Source: a virus. From it: 37,953 bases of DNA. Position 1 is the stretch's first letter, and each line of letters begins with the position of its first letter. The position numbers and the translations under genes are program-made. Shown here piece by piece: positions 27,349 through 35,768 of the stretch. The notes under the pieces are model-generated. The model saw only the letters and a program-made list of their open reading frames with translations, did not search any database and was not told the DNA's origin. The stretch lies in IMG/VR virus record IMGVR_UViG_3300031417_000380. The stretch is one strand, 5' to 3'.

Positions 27349-27424
27349 GTACTTCGGGGAAGCGCCGTTTCGAAGAAAAGTCAGAAACTGCGCTTCTCTG
27401 AAATACGCCCGTTAGGTATAACGT

Positions 27425-28276
27425 ATGACATATACTAAAACCACCTCGTCTTCCTGGGATCGCCGCTACGCTGACAGCTTCCATGACCGTAAATCGGCCG
27501 TCTCTCATGCTGACGTCTTCGACAAAGTGTGCTACCTCTGCGGAGCACCTAACACAGGAGACCCAACTGAGCACATCATTCCCGTTTCGTGCGGAGGGCT
27601 TACGGCGCCTGGTAATCTAGCGCGTGCCTGTGATAGCTGCAACTTTGCGAAGCGCACCGATTCAGCTGAGGAGGCGCTCACTAAGCGTCTTAACTCCGGT
27701 GAACCGACTCTCTTCTCTACCGTCGAAGAGCTGCGTGTCTGGCTCGACGCATACATGGCGCCCTATCGTAAAGCTCACGAGGCTCAGTACCGCTTGTCGC
27801 TGATTCTCATGGACGCAGCTCACCCTCGCCGCGAGGCTGCACTAACTAACTGGCATCAGATTCTACTCGACTACCACTTTGATACTGAGTTCCCAGCGGC
27901 TGAGCTGAGCATTTTAGGCGATCTCGTTACGCAGATGCAGTTTAAGATGAACTGGATCAAGATGCGGAGCCAGCAGCGCGAGCAGTACATAACTTCATCT
28001 CGAGGCACCGCGTTGGATCGCCTGAGTAAGGCTGTAGATCCGCTGAGCAAGGCTGTTTACACTAGGGCTTCTTCTCGTTCAGTACGCTCAGACGCACTCA
28101 GCGTTGCGACTCAGGGGGAGCGTGCAGTCGAGTGGTTCAAGGATCATGAAAAGAAGCTGAACATGCTCGAACTGTTTGAGGCTCGCGTAGCTGAACTTGG
28201 GAACTCACAAGGTGCGATTAGTACTTGGCGCTTTGTAGCCCGTGAAGCCGGTCATAAGCTTCCTCGAAAGCACTGA
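27425..28276 (+). CDS. HNH endonuclease
   Basis: CYLCG..EHIIPVSCGG..GNLARACDSCNFAK. Confidence 0.88.
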   Translation: MTYTKTTSSSWDRRYADSFHDRKSAVSHADVFDKVCYLCGAPNTGDPTEHIIPVSCGGLTAPGNLARACDSCNFAKRTDSAEEALTKRLNSGEPTLFSTVEELRVWLDAYMAPYRKAHEAQYRLSLILMDAAHPRREAALTNWHQILLDYHFDTEFPAAELSILGDLVTQMQFKMNWIKMRSQQREQYITSSRGTALDRLSKAVDPLSKAVYTRASSRSVRSDALSVATQGERAVEWFKDHEKKLNMLELFEARVAELGNSQGAISTWRFVAREAGHKLPRKH

Positions 28277-28277
28277 T

Positions 28278-28319
28278 ACTTCTAGCCCCGCAGCACGATA
28301 CAGCTGCGGGGCTAGAAGT
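28278..28319. terminator. bidirectional hairpin terminator
   Basis: 17-bp stem ACTTCTAGCCCCGCAGC/GCTGCGGGGCTAGAAGT between convergent genes. Confidence 0.8.
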
Positions 28320-28333
28320 CTACGAGCTTCGGC

Positions 28334-28762
28334 TCACGTGTCCAGAAGCGTGAGGAGGGTCGCCTCGGCGCCGATGAGCTTCTCGAGGCTGGTAAGGAGC
28401 TCGAGGCCGGTGTCCGTGAGGTCATGACGATCGGCGCTCCAGTACTCACCGGTCCACTCGTTGAAGATGCTGGTGGAGGTGGCGCCGAGCGGGATCACTG
28501 CGCTCAAGATAAGCTCACGCTCGTCCGAGGCGCGCATGTCCCAGATGACACGAGAGATTCGGTCAGCCGAAGGCCCGTAAGCTTTGACGAAGACCTCGGT
28601 CATCTTCAGAGTGGCCTCCGGAAGGACGGTCGGAGCGTTGAGGTAAGCATCCCAGACGGCGTAGACCGTGAGTCCACCCTCGCCGGTGGAGGTGTACTGC
28701 GAGTTCTCCTCGCTCCAGTCAACCTCCGGCCAGTTGACGGTGGTCTCAAGGGCGTCAGCCAT
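28334..28762 (-). CDS. hypothetical protein
   Basis: SD GAAGGAG; promoter TTGTGA-N17-TACAGT at 28804-28832. Confidence 0.75.
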   Translation of the reverse strand: MADALETTVNWPEVDWSEENSQYTSTGEGGLTVYAVWDAYLNAPTVLPEATLKMTEVFVKAYGPSADRISRVIWDMRASDERELILSAVIPLGATSTSIFNEWTGEYWSADRHDLTDTGLELLTSLEKLIGAEATLLTLLDT

Positions 28763-28857
28763 GAGGAACTCCTTCGTAGTGATGGTTTGCGGTGATGAGC
28801 TTAACTGTACACGAAGAAACGTTTTCTCACAACACGAAAAGTCGTTCGGTTCTCATG

Positions 28858-28894
28858 ACTGTGGCCCTACCACATAAAGCAGTAGGGCCACAGT
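28858..28894 (-). terminator. hairpin terminator
   Basis: 13-bp stem ACTGTGGCCCTAC/GTAGGGCCACAGT after stop at 28903. Confidence 0.7.
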
Positions 28895-28902
28895 AGGTGG
28901 AG

Positions 28903-29439
28903 TTAGAGGGTGATCGCCTCGTGGAGCTCCATGCCGAGTCGGAAGGTGCCCTGGAAGTTCTTCGTCTCACCGATCTCGAGCTGCAGGTTCGTGTCCTCGG
29001 GGTAGATGTAGAAGAACTCATCCGTGACGTGGTCCAGGACCTCGAACCCGCCGCCGGAGAGGAGACCGGTCACCTCGCCTGCCATACGCACGAGTGCGAT
29101 GTCCGAGTTGAGCACGAGCGCGTGGAGCAGCTTCGAGTTCGTAGCATCCGGCATGTCCCGGCTCCAGCGCGGCGCAACGGCTGGCTTCTCCAGGAACGTG
29201 CGGATGTCTTCTTCCTTGATGCGAAGCCGCGAGCCGTGGACGGTGCGAGCCCACGCGGAGTCGAAGAGGTAGCCGTGCTTCTCGTCACCGAAGACGAGGC
29301 TGAGCTCGAGTTCTCCACCGTAGTTGATCAGGCAGTGGAAACGGTAGCTGTCGTTGTCGGTTCGACCGGGGACAAGCTCCAGCGGAAGGTGGTTCTTTAG
29401 CGCCAGGAGCGTGGTTTCGTTGAGCGTGAGCTTGGTCAT
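28903..29439 (-). CDS. hypothetical protein
   Basis: SD GAGGAG; promoter TTGCGT-N17-TAACGT at 29499-29527. Confidence 0.75.
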   Translation of the reverse strand: MTKLTLNETTLLALKNHLPLELVPGRTDNDSYRFHCLINYGGELELSLVFGDEKHGYLFDSAWARTVHGSRLRIKEEDIRTFLEKPAVAPRWSRDMPDATNSKLLHALVLNSDIALVRMAGEVTGLLSGGGFEVLDHVTDEFFYIYPEDTNLQLEIGETKNFQGTFRLGMELHEAITL

Positions 29440-29542
29440 GTTGTGTCTCCTCTATGGATACGCGGATTGCGTCGGAGGAACTGCCCCTCCTAAGATAAAC
29501 GTTACACCGGTGTCAGCTCTTACGCAACACGAAAAGCTTTGA

Positions 29543-30193
29543 CTACGCGAAAGCCATCATGGCTGCAACTTCAAGTTCAGCAAGCTCTTGTTTCGTAGCT
29601 TCAGTCTGACTTTCGTAAAACCCTAGCTTCTCCTGAGACGGAGTGTCGGCTAGGCTCTCAAAGAGCTGAAGATAGGCATCGAAATCACCCTTAGCCCCAG
29701 TCCGAAAGAATTCGTCACGCGCTCGTCGAAGGTTCTGTAGATTCATGTCGTATCGCCAGCCTTCTCCACTGAGAGGTTTTACGAAAGCAGCCATGTGTCG
29801 CTGAAGAGCCACATGAACCGGAGTCACCTCACGTACCTGCCGCTGAATGCTCGTGCGATACTCGCGAAGAAACGAGAGCTGAGTGCTAAGCCAACTGATG
29901 CGTGCTTCGTTCCGCATACGCTTCTTAGCCGCTTCAAGCTTACTCACTACGTCGTCAAAGAGCTTTTGGTGCACTTTCCCTAAGCGTACAGCATCTGAAA
30001 ACAGGGCAGTAGGGTCCGATCGGTCGAGATCAAAGTCAAACGAATCAGTCAGAAGGGAAAACTCGTCCCTCACTAGCTTTGTCACCGCGACTGGACCGGT
30101 ATCAACAACTACGTAAAGTCGATTCTTAAACGCTGAGATATCTTTCAGTAACTCAAACCGGAAGCACTCCTGGTATGGAGAGTCTCGTCTCAT
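29543..30193 (-). CDS. all-helical protein, paralog 3 of triplet
   Basis: AKKRMRN..PVHVALQRH..ARDEFF..AYL..ELAELEVAAMMAF. Confidence 0.75.
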   Translation of the reverse strand: MRRDSPYQECFRFELLKDISAFKNRLYVVVDTGPVAVTKLVRDEFSLLTDSFDFDLDRSDPTALFSDAVRLGKVHQKLFDDVVSKLEAAKKRMRNEARISWLSTQLSFLREYRTSIQRQVREVTPVHVALQRHMAAFVKPLSGEGWRYDMNLQNLRRARDEFFRTGAKGDFDAYLQLFESLADTPSQEKLGFYESQTEATKQELAELEVAAMMAFA

Positions 30194-30205
30194 TATGTGA
30201 CCTTA

Positions 30206-30850
30206 TCAGTGAAAGGCTATCATGGCGGCGGCTTCGAGCTCAGATAGCTCCTGCTCTGTGGCGGCATACTGCTGCTTAAACGCCACTCGCGGATCACGTG
30301 GAATCACTTCAGTAAGACTCTCGAGCGTCTCCAAGTAGGCCTCTAGGTGCGCCTCTTCGTTGCCCCGGAAGAACACATCTCGAGCATCGATGAGTCTGTA
30401 AAGATGTTCCTGAGTGAGCGGGACTGAGCGCACTGGAGTAACGAAGGCTAGAAGATGCTTCTGCATGGCCAGATGCACCGGATCGATGAACTTGACGAGT
30501 TCACGAAGTTTTGTTAGCCGGTGCTCAAGCCCCCGTATAGCCGCCTCTGTTAGCTTGATACGCTCACCGGAGCGCATCCTGCTCTTGGCTTCTTTGAGAT
30601 TCAGCAAGATGCTTTCGAGCAGCGGCTCAACCGTACGGTAGTAGCGAACTGTCGAGGTTACTCGAGCAAGCGGGTTAAGGAAGTCGACGAGCTCCGACTC
30701 AAGCTCCCAGATCAACGCTATCTCTGGACCTAGCTTTATTCGTAGCGATCGAAGGCTAGCGTAGCTGAAGTCACTTACGAGCGAGGACTTAGTTTTACTC
30801 AGAAGGGTGATGAACTCACAGTTAATCGCTCTTGGCATGACCAGGTTCAT
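30206..30850 (-). CDS. all-helical protein, paralog 2 of triplet
   Basis: AKSRMRS..PVHLAMQKH..ARDVFF..AYL..ELSELEAAAMIAF. Confidence 0.75.
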   Translation of the reverse strand: MNLVMPRAINCEFITLLSKTKSSLVSDFSYASLRSLRIKLGPEIALIWELESELVDFLNPLARVTSTVRYYRTVEPLLESILLNLKEAKSRMRSGERIKLTEAAIRGLEHRLTKLRELVKFIDPVHLAMQKHLLAFVTPVRSVPLTQEHLYRLIDARDVFFRGNEEAHLEAYLETLESLTEVIPRDPRVAFKQQYAATEQELSELEAAAMIAFH

Positions 30851-31545
30851 ACGGCTAACTCCACAAGCGAAGCGACATCGAGCTTCGCGGTGGCTTCGGC
30901 AAGTTCAGCTGTCACATCTTCTTCCGACTGTTCATCCTCCGGCCGAATCACAACCTGCTCAAAGTAGTACGGCTCCTGAATCAGACGCTCGTACTCGTGA
31001 ACATAGGCCTCTAGTGTCTCTGCGCGAGGTTCGTAGAAGTAGGAGTCTCGAAGCTCGTAGAGTCCGCTAAAGAAGTCAGCACGACGCCTGTTCTCAAGCT
31101 GGTTGTTTCTCACACCTCGCATGGTGGTTAACACAAAGTGAAGCTGAAGAGTAACGTGCGTCTTTGACACGCCTTGCTTGAACTTTTGAAGTTCTTTCGA
31201 GCCGTTCTCGCAGTAATCGATCAGCATCTTGAGCTCATCAATCTTGAACTCATTACGAGCTCGCTTGAGAGCGTCGCGTAAAAGCTCTAGCGTTCCATCG
31301 ATTACTACTACAAGCCGATCGAGGTGGTCAAGCCAGCCTTCAAAACGATGCTCTGACACGATCGTCCAGCTGGTTTGGCGCAGATCATGCAGCTTTGTAT
31401 AGAGCGGAGTAAAGGCCTTATGAGCTCGCAAGACTCCGTGTTGATCAGTGAGGTTCATGAGCCGATTGACCATCTGCTGAAAAGCTGTAGAGAACGGGTC
31501 GTCAAAGGTGTGCCCGTGCTGGCGAGCTCGGAAAGTCTCAAGCAT
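30847..31545 (-). CDS. all-helical protein, paralog 1 of triplet (start revised to ATG 31545)
   Basis: ALKRARN..THVTLQLH..LRDSYF..AYV; SD AGGAG; the track's TTG at 31566 overlaps the -10 of TTGCCG-N17-TACAGT. Confidence 0.75.
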   Translation of the reverse strand: MLETFRARQHGHTFDDPFSTAFQQMVNRLMNLTDQHGVLRAHKAFTPLYTKLHDLRQTSWTIVSEHRFEGWLDHLDRLVVVIDGTLELLRDALKRARNEFKIDELKMLIDYCENGSKELQKFKQGVSKTHVTLQLHFVLTTMRGVRNNQLENRRRADFFSGLYELRDSYFYEPRAETLEAYVHEYERLIQEPYYFEQVVIRPEDEQSEEDVTAELAEATAKLDVASLVELAV

Positions 31546-31565
31546 AGAACTCCTATCTATGCTCA

Positions 31566-31636
31566 ACTGTACACGGCTATCGAGGCTTCGGCAACATCGA
31601 AACTGTGTTGCGTGCTTTCGTTCATCGTGATAGGTT
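31566..31636. promoter_or_regulatory. back-to-back divergent SigA-like promoters
   Basis: minus: TTGCCG-N17-TACAGT (31566-31594); plus: TTGCGT-N17-TAGGTT (31608-31636). Confidence 0.65.
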
Positions 31637-31668
31637 GGTCATACTTAAACTTACGGAAGGCTCTTCCC

Positions 31669-31944
31669 ATGCCCAGCAACTCTCCTGTTGCCGTAGCTTT
31701 CGACTCCGCCGCTTCTGCTGAGATCGTCTCGATCAAGCTGGACGAAGCCGCAGAGCTCACCGGCCGGCTGAAGCGTATCCTCGCCGATACGCAGAAGCAG
31801 ATCGAGCTCACCGAGAAGGACCCGGATGACAAGAACAGCAAACTCGCCGCTCTCGCCGGTACCGTGAGTCTCATCAACAGCAACATCACGCTTGAGGCAT
31901 CGGTCTGGGGCAGCAACGCTCGAGCTCGGGCAAGGCGGGCTTAA
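31669..31944 (+). CDS. hypothetical helical protein (start revised to ATG 31669)
   Basis: GGAAGG SD downstream of promoter. Confidence 0.65.
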   Translation: MPSNSPVAVAFDSAASAEIVSIKLDEAAELTGRLKRILADTQKQIELTEKDPDDKNSKLAALAGTVSLINSNITLEASVWGSNARARARRA

Positions 31945-31947
31945 CCC

Positions 31948-32244
31948 ATGTTCATACGCAACGGTAGCAACAGCTTCGGAAGTCTCAACGACGGACCGGA
32001 TCGCTTTACAGCGAAGCCGACATCCTTCGCTTACTCCAGCAACAGCGGTCTCGTGGCCGGAGCCTTTAGCCTTGGAGTCCTCGCGCTCCTCATCTGGCTC
32101 TTCTTCTTTGCCGTCTTTGCCGGCGCGTTCGTCCTCGCTTTCTACAACTTCTTCCTGCTCTTTAGCGGGAGCGGTGATGGCCTCAATGTTTTCTTCGGGC
32201 TCTGCGGAGTCTTTGTTCTCTACCTCTATCTCAACCGGAGCTAA
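31948..32244 (+). CDS. small membrane protein (2 TM)
   Basis: Phe/Leu-rich hydrophobic segments. Confidence 0.65.
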   Translation: MFIRNGSNSFGSLNDGPDRFTAKPTSFAYSSNSGLVAGAFSLGVLALLIWLFFFAVFAGAFVLAFYNFFLLFSGSGDGLNVFFGLCGVFVLYLYLNRS

Positions 32245-32247
32245 ACC

Positions 32248-32592
32248 ATGACTGACGAGAAGCTCGAGACCGAGCTGAAGATGCTCTGGGAAATTCTCGT
32301 TCCGACGGAGCGTAACCCGAACGAAGAAGATAAGAACCCCTACCGTCTGCGCTATCATCGCGTGTGGGATGAGCGTGTAAAAGCCATCGCGGGAGGGCTC
32401 ACCGTGCTCACTCCGGTGCGCGGCACCTGGGTCTCGGACGAGAACGAAGAGACGTTCAAGGAGAAGATGATCCCTGTGCGGATCATGTGCACTCGAAGCG
32501 AGATCATGGAGATCGCTGAGATGACGAAGAAGTACTACGCACAGCTCGCTGTTATGGTCTACAAGATCTCCGACGAAGTCCACATTATCTAG
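32248..32592 (+). CDS. hypothetical protein, DUF3574-like
   Basis: GLTVL..GTW..E..V....I..I....K..Y.Q.AV pattern. Confidence 0.55.
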   Translation: MTDEKLETELKMLWEILVPTERNPNEEDKNPYRLRYHRVWDERVKAIAGGLTVLTPVRGTWVSDENEETFKEKMIPVRIMCTRSEIMEIAEMTKKYYAQLAVMVYKISDEVHII

Positions 32593-32605
32593 TAAGGAGC
32601 AAGTC

Positions 32606-32827
32606 ATGGCTGGTTTCGTGTTCGAGACGGCAACCGGGAAGTGCATCGCGTGGTTCGAAGACTCTATGGACGCTCGTTCGTACTCGGCTCGTAAGAACAA
32701 GCAGCGGGGTAAGGGAACTCACGACTGGGCGAACACAGATCTCACTCTCGCTGATCTCATCGAGCTTGAGAAGGACCCTAGCAAGATCAGCTGGACCACT
32801 CTCAACTGGCGTACACGCAACAAGTAA
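32606..32827 (+). CDS. small hypothetical protein (CIAWFED family)
   Basis: SD TAAGGAG-N6-ATG; paralog follows. Confidence 0.75.
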   Translation: MAGFVFETATGKCIAWFEDSMDARSYSARKNKQRGKGTHDWANTDLTLADLIELEKDPSKISWTTLNWRTRNK

Positions 32828-32844
32828 TCGATAAGGAGCAGCTC

Positions 32845-33090
32845 ATTTACGACTATGGTTATGTCTTCAACAAGATCGAAGGAGACTGTATCGCCTGGTT
32901 TGAAGATTTTGGCGATGCCGAACTCTACGCAAAGCTAAAGAATCGTAAGGCAGGATATGAGTCGTTCGAGGCTGAGAGCACGAATCTCACTTTGGAGAAG
33001 CTTCGAGCCATCGAGCTCGGAGACGTGATCCCTACGCTCGAGGTGCTCTCCGAAGGTCGATACCCACTCGATCGTCCCTCGGTATCATAG
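32845..33090 (+). CDS. CIAWFED-family paralog with ATT start (absent from ORF track)
   Basis: TAAGGAG-N6-ATT, then open frame IYDYGYVFNKIEGDCIAWFEDFGDAELYAKLKNRK..TNLTL to TAG at 33090. Confidence 0.7.
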   Translation: MYDYGYVFNKIEGDCIAWFEDFGDAELYAKLKNRKAGYESFEAESTNLTLEKLRAIELGDVIPTLEVLSEGRYPLDRPSVS

Positions 33091-33093
33091 CCT

Positions 33094-33672
33094 GTGACTT
33101 CAAACACAGTAACCGATCCACTCTTCGTTGAGACAGATGAACTCGATGAAGAGTGGATCTACGTGCCTCGGGATGAGCACGCTGATGTGCAGCTTCGTAA
33201 CGGGAAGCTACGACATCACGGTACTGCTAACTACGGCTTCTTGAAGACACTCTGCGCTTGGAAGAGCGAGGTCAAGCGCGAGCTTCACCCAGCCAACATG
33301 GAGCTTCCACTCTGCAAGATTTGCGAAAAGCTTGATGACTTCATTCCTACTCCCGATCAGTTGAAAGCTCGCTTTAGCTGTGACACCTGCGGCGTTGATC
33401 GACGCGCCCTCGGCGAGGCTTATTACAGCGTTCGCCCGAACATTTGGAAGTCGGCTCACCCGGATCATGTCGCGGGAGAGTCACGTAATCTTCAGCCGGA
33501 GGAGTGTGTCGGCTGTTTTGAGAAACGGCTCAGCCGTACTCTTATGAGTAGCGATTTTGCTAAGGCTGTTGGCGGAGTAACTCTCGCTGAAGACATCGCT
33601 AAAAATCCCGACTACTACAGCGACCGGCTAGCCGAGCGCGCCTCCGCTGACTCCTATAGAATGGTAGACTGA
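33094..33672 (+). CDS. Cys-rich putative Zn-binding protein
   Basis: CKIC, CDTCG, YY.V...W, CVGCFEKRL.R.L...DF. Confidence 0.75.
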   Translation: MTSNTVTDPLFVETDELDEEWIYVPRDEHADVQLRNGKLRHHGTANYGFLKTLCAWKSEVKRELHPANMELPLCKICEKLDDFIPTPDQLKARFSCDTCGVDRRALGEAYYSVRPNIWKSAHPDHVAGESRNLQPEECVGCFEKRLSRTLMSSDFAKAVGGVTLAEDIAKNPDYYSDRLAERASADSYRMVD

Positions 33673-33681
33673 AAGCTTATC

Positions 33682-34245
33682 ATGCCTCACATCCACACAG
33701 AAGCCGGGCACCACGATCACACGGTGAGCTTCTTCATCGTTCGTACAGATTTCGATGAGCCAAAGCTCACTTACCACGTCCATCGGAAGACAGGCAACCT
33801 GAGCATGTTCGGCGGTCACGTGGAGCTCGATGAGACTCCGTGGCAAAGCATGCTTCATGAGATCACTGAAGAGTCCGGCTTCGACCACGATCAGCTACAG
33901 ATCCTACAGCCGATTGAGCGTCTTAAGAGTGTCTCCGGCGTGGTGACTCATCCGCAGCCGGTCTACGTTCACACCGGACAATTCCCGATCCAGCCACCTC
34001 ACTATCACACGGACATGATGTACGCGCTGGTGGCTAACGAGGCACCACGTCAGGCGCCGTTAGAGGGTGAGTCCACCGACATCCGATTCTTCACTCTTGA
34101 GGAGCTCGCGCAAGTGGCGGACGAAGAGATCTTCGAAGCGTGGCGTGAGATCGGCGCCTATATTCTCCAAGAGGTGTTCCCTACCTGGGAGCATCTCCCA
34201 CTTTCCACCTTCGATCACACGGGAGCAAATTATGACGCCAGCTGA
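33682..34245 (+). CDS. NUDIX hydrolase
   Basis: Nudix box GGHVELDETPWQSMLHEITEESG (R replaced by H). Confidence 0.9.
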   Translation: MPHIHTEAGHHDHTVSFFIVRTDFDEPKLTYHVHRKTGNLSMFGGHVELDETPWQSMLHEITEESGFDHDQLQILQPIERLKSVSGVVTHPQPVYVHTGQFPIQPPHYHTDMMYALVANEAPRQAPLEGESTDIRFFTLEELAQVADEEIFEAWREIGAYILQEVFPTWEHLPLSTFDHTGANYDAS

Positions 34246-34453
34246 ACTACAGGAGCATGCCGCACGTATCCTTGGGCAGGCTGTAACCGATGTCGAGTAC
34301 TCCAACGTCTACGAGGATGACGAGCTTTCGGAGGCCTCGGAAGCTGACCAGCGTGCCATCCACAATCTCGTGAACTCTGCTCAGATCTTCGTCACCTGGC
34401 CGACTGCTGACACCGAGTACCAGGTAGCCGGGCCGGACGATGATGAAGAGTGA
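34232..34453 (+). CDS. small acidic protein (start revised to ATG 34232)
   Basis: GGGAG SD; overlaps NUDIX stop. Confidence 0.65.
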   Translation: MTPAELQEHAARILGQAVTDVEYSNVYEDDELSEASEADQRAIHNLVNSAQIFVTWPTADTEYQVAGPDDDEE

Positions 34454-34511
34454 CCAGACAGCGATAGACAGTGTGAGAGCCTAGGCTCGACGAACCGATG
34501 GGGAGAACACT

Positions 34512-34787
34512 ATGACCTTCTTAGAAGGACTGGCCGGCGCAGAACAACGCGAACGAGCAGCAGCCGCCGCTGAAGAGCGCGCGTGGGCCAAGGTAATTGC
34601 CTACGCTCGGGAAGAGCTTCCGAACGATGGCCTCCCCATCACACTTGAAACGTATCTCTTTGCTGTAGCACGAGCTGCAGGTGTTGACCTACTCGACGCA
34701 AAACGTGCTCTGTCAGCACTCCGAAGCCGAGGCGAGGCGAGCTACAAGTTCGGTATCGGCGTTACCCGAATCGTAGATAAGTCATGA
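34512..34787 (+). CDS. small protein, possible winged-HTH
   Basis: VARAAGVDLLDAKRALSALRSRGEA followed by a short beta-hairpin-like tail. Confidence 0.5.
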   Translation: MTFLEGLAGAEQRERAAAAAEERAWAKVIAYAREELPNDGLPITLETYLFAVARAAGVDLLDAKRALSALRSRGEASYKFGIGVTRIVDKS

Positions 34788-35047
34788 GTGATCTACCGAG
34801 AAACCCACTCGAGCAAGCACGTGAACTTGCTCAGATCGGCTTCGTGATGTTCGAGGCCCACGCTACAGCGGATGTGGCTATCGGCGAGGCTCTCAACGAA
34901 GCTTTTGCAATGGATGAACAGCTAAAAGCTGTCACCGCGGCGCTTACAGTAGCCATGAGCATTGCAGGAGATCGCGTCGGTCTCTCACCACTTGAGGCTT
35001 CCAGACTTATTCGAGAGAGACTCACCGCGAAAGGGCAGGAGAGCTGA
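34784..35047 (+). CDS. small helical protein, paralog of 35047-35307
   Basis: A.IG.V..E....AL.EA...EQ..A...AL.V....G...G..PLE....IR..L shared. Confidence 0.75.
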   Translation: MSDLPRNPLEQARELAQIGFVMFEAHATADVAIGEALNEAFAMDEQLKAVTAALTVAMSIAGDRVGLSPLEASRLIRERLTAKGQES

Positions 35048-35307
35048 TGGAACACGAATCAGAAGCGATGAAGGCTCGGCGTAAGGAGCTCGAGCGAGCC
35101 ACGATCGGGCTCGTCATTGTCGAGAATCTCTTCAACGGGGACGAGAATCTCGCCGGAGCTCTCGATGAGGCGTACGATAAGGAAGAGCAGATCGAAGCTC
35201 TCAAGACAGCGCTCGTCGTGACGCTGCGCTCTACTGGCCATGTTCTTGGAGTTGAACCGCTAGAGCTTGCTACCGGTATTCGTAAAGGTCTCAACGAATT
35301 GCAGTAA
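35047..35307 (+). CDS. small helical protein, paralog of 34784-35047
   Basis: same pattern; TGATG coupling. Confidence 0.75.
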   Translation: MEHESEAMKARRKELERATIGLVIVENLFNGDENLAGALDEAYDKEEQIEALKTALVVTLRSTGHVLGVEPLELATGIRKGLNELQ

Positions 35308-35319
35308 GCTATTTATGTG

Positions 35320-35348
35320 TTGTCAATGCTTGAGCCATGGTGTAGGTT
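35320..35348 (+). promoter_or_regulatory. SigA-like promoter, leaderless
   Basis: TTGTCA-N17-TAGGTT-N6-ATG(35355). Confidence 0.7.
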
Positions 35349-35354
35349 TGTGCC

Positions 35355-35741
35355 ATGGCTCAAGCTCGTACTCCCCTCACCAAGGATCAGATCGAGGCGT
35401 TCACCGCCGGTGACTGCTGGCGACTTGCCGGAGAACTCATGCGACTCGGAGTCGGTGAGGTGGTGCTCCTTTCCAATGAGAACAGTGACGCGCCGCTCGA
35501 GTTCTTCCCTTGGGAGCACGTGGTGGTTCGCCTTCCTTCCGGCCTCTACCTGGACGCCACCGGCGTTCGCACCATGGCTGAGCTAGAGGGCGACTGGGCG
35601 TGGGATTCGGAGCCGATGACCACGCGTACCGTCACCACCGAAGAAGACTTTAAGCGCGCCACCTGCGACCAGATTCGCGCCCACCGTCACAACGCTCGCT
35701 CCGCCGCACTGAAGCTGCAGAAGCTTGCCCTCGCTGCGTAA
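35355..35741 (+). CDS. small papain/transglutaminase-like fold protein (putative C-H-D triad)
   Basis: FTAGDCWRLA..EHVVV..YLDATG. Confidence 0.55.
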   Translation: MAQARTPLTKDQIEAFTAGDCWRLAGELMRLGVGEVVLLSNENSDAPLEFFPWEHVVVRLPSGLYLDATGVRTMAELEGDWAWDSEPMTTRTVTTEEDFKRATCDQIRAHRHNARSAALKLQKLALAA

Positions 35742-35768
35742 AGCTTGAGCTTGTGGTACTATGTACTC

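Noticed and set aside
31651-32700. 349-aa minus-strand ORF and similar long antisense ORFs (e.g. 18100-18783, 21882-22523, 17336-17908, 28897-29400)
   Set aside because: Shadows of better-supported genes on the opposite strand that have SD or promoter signals
34477-34488. Perfect 12-bp palindrome GAGCCTAGGCTC upstream of the possible wHTH gene
   Set aside because: Single occurrence in a palindrome-rich sequence; not enough to call an operator
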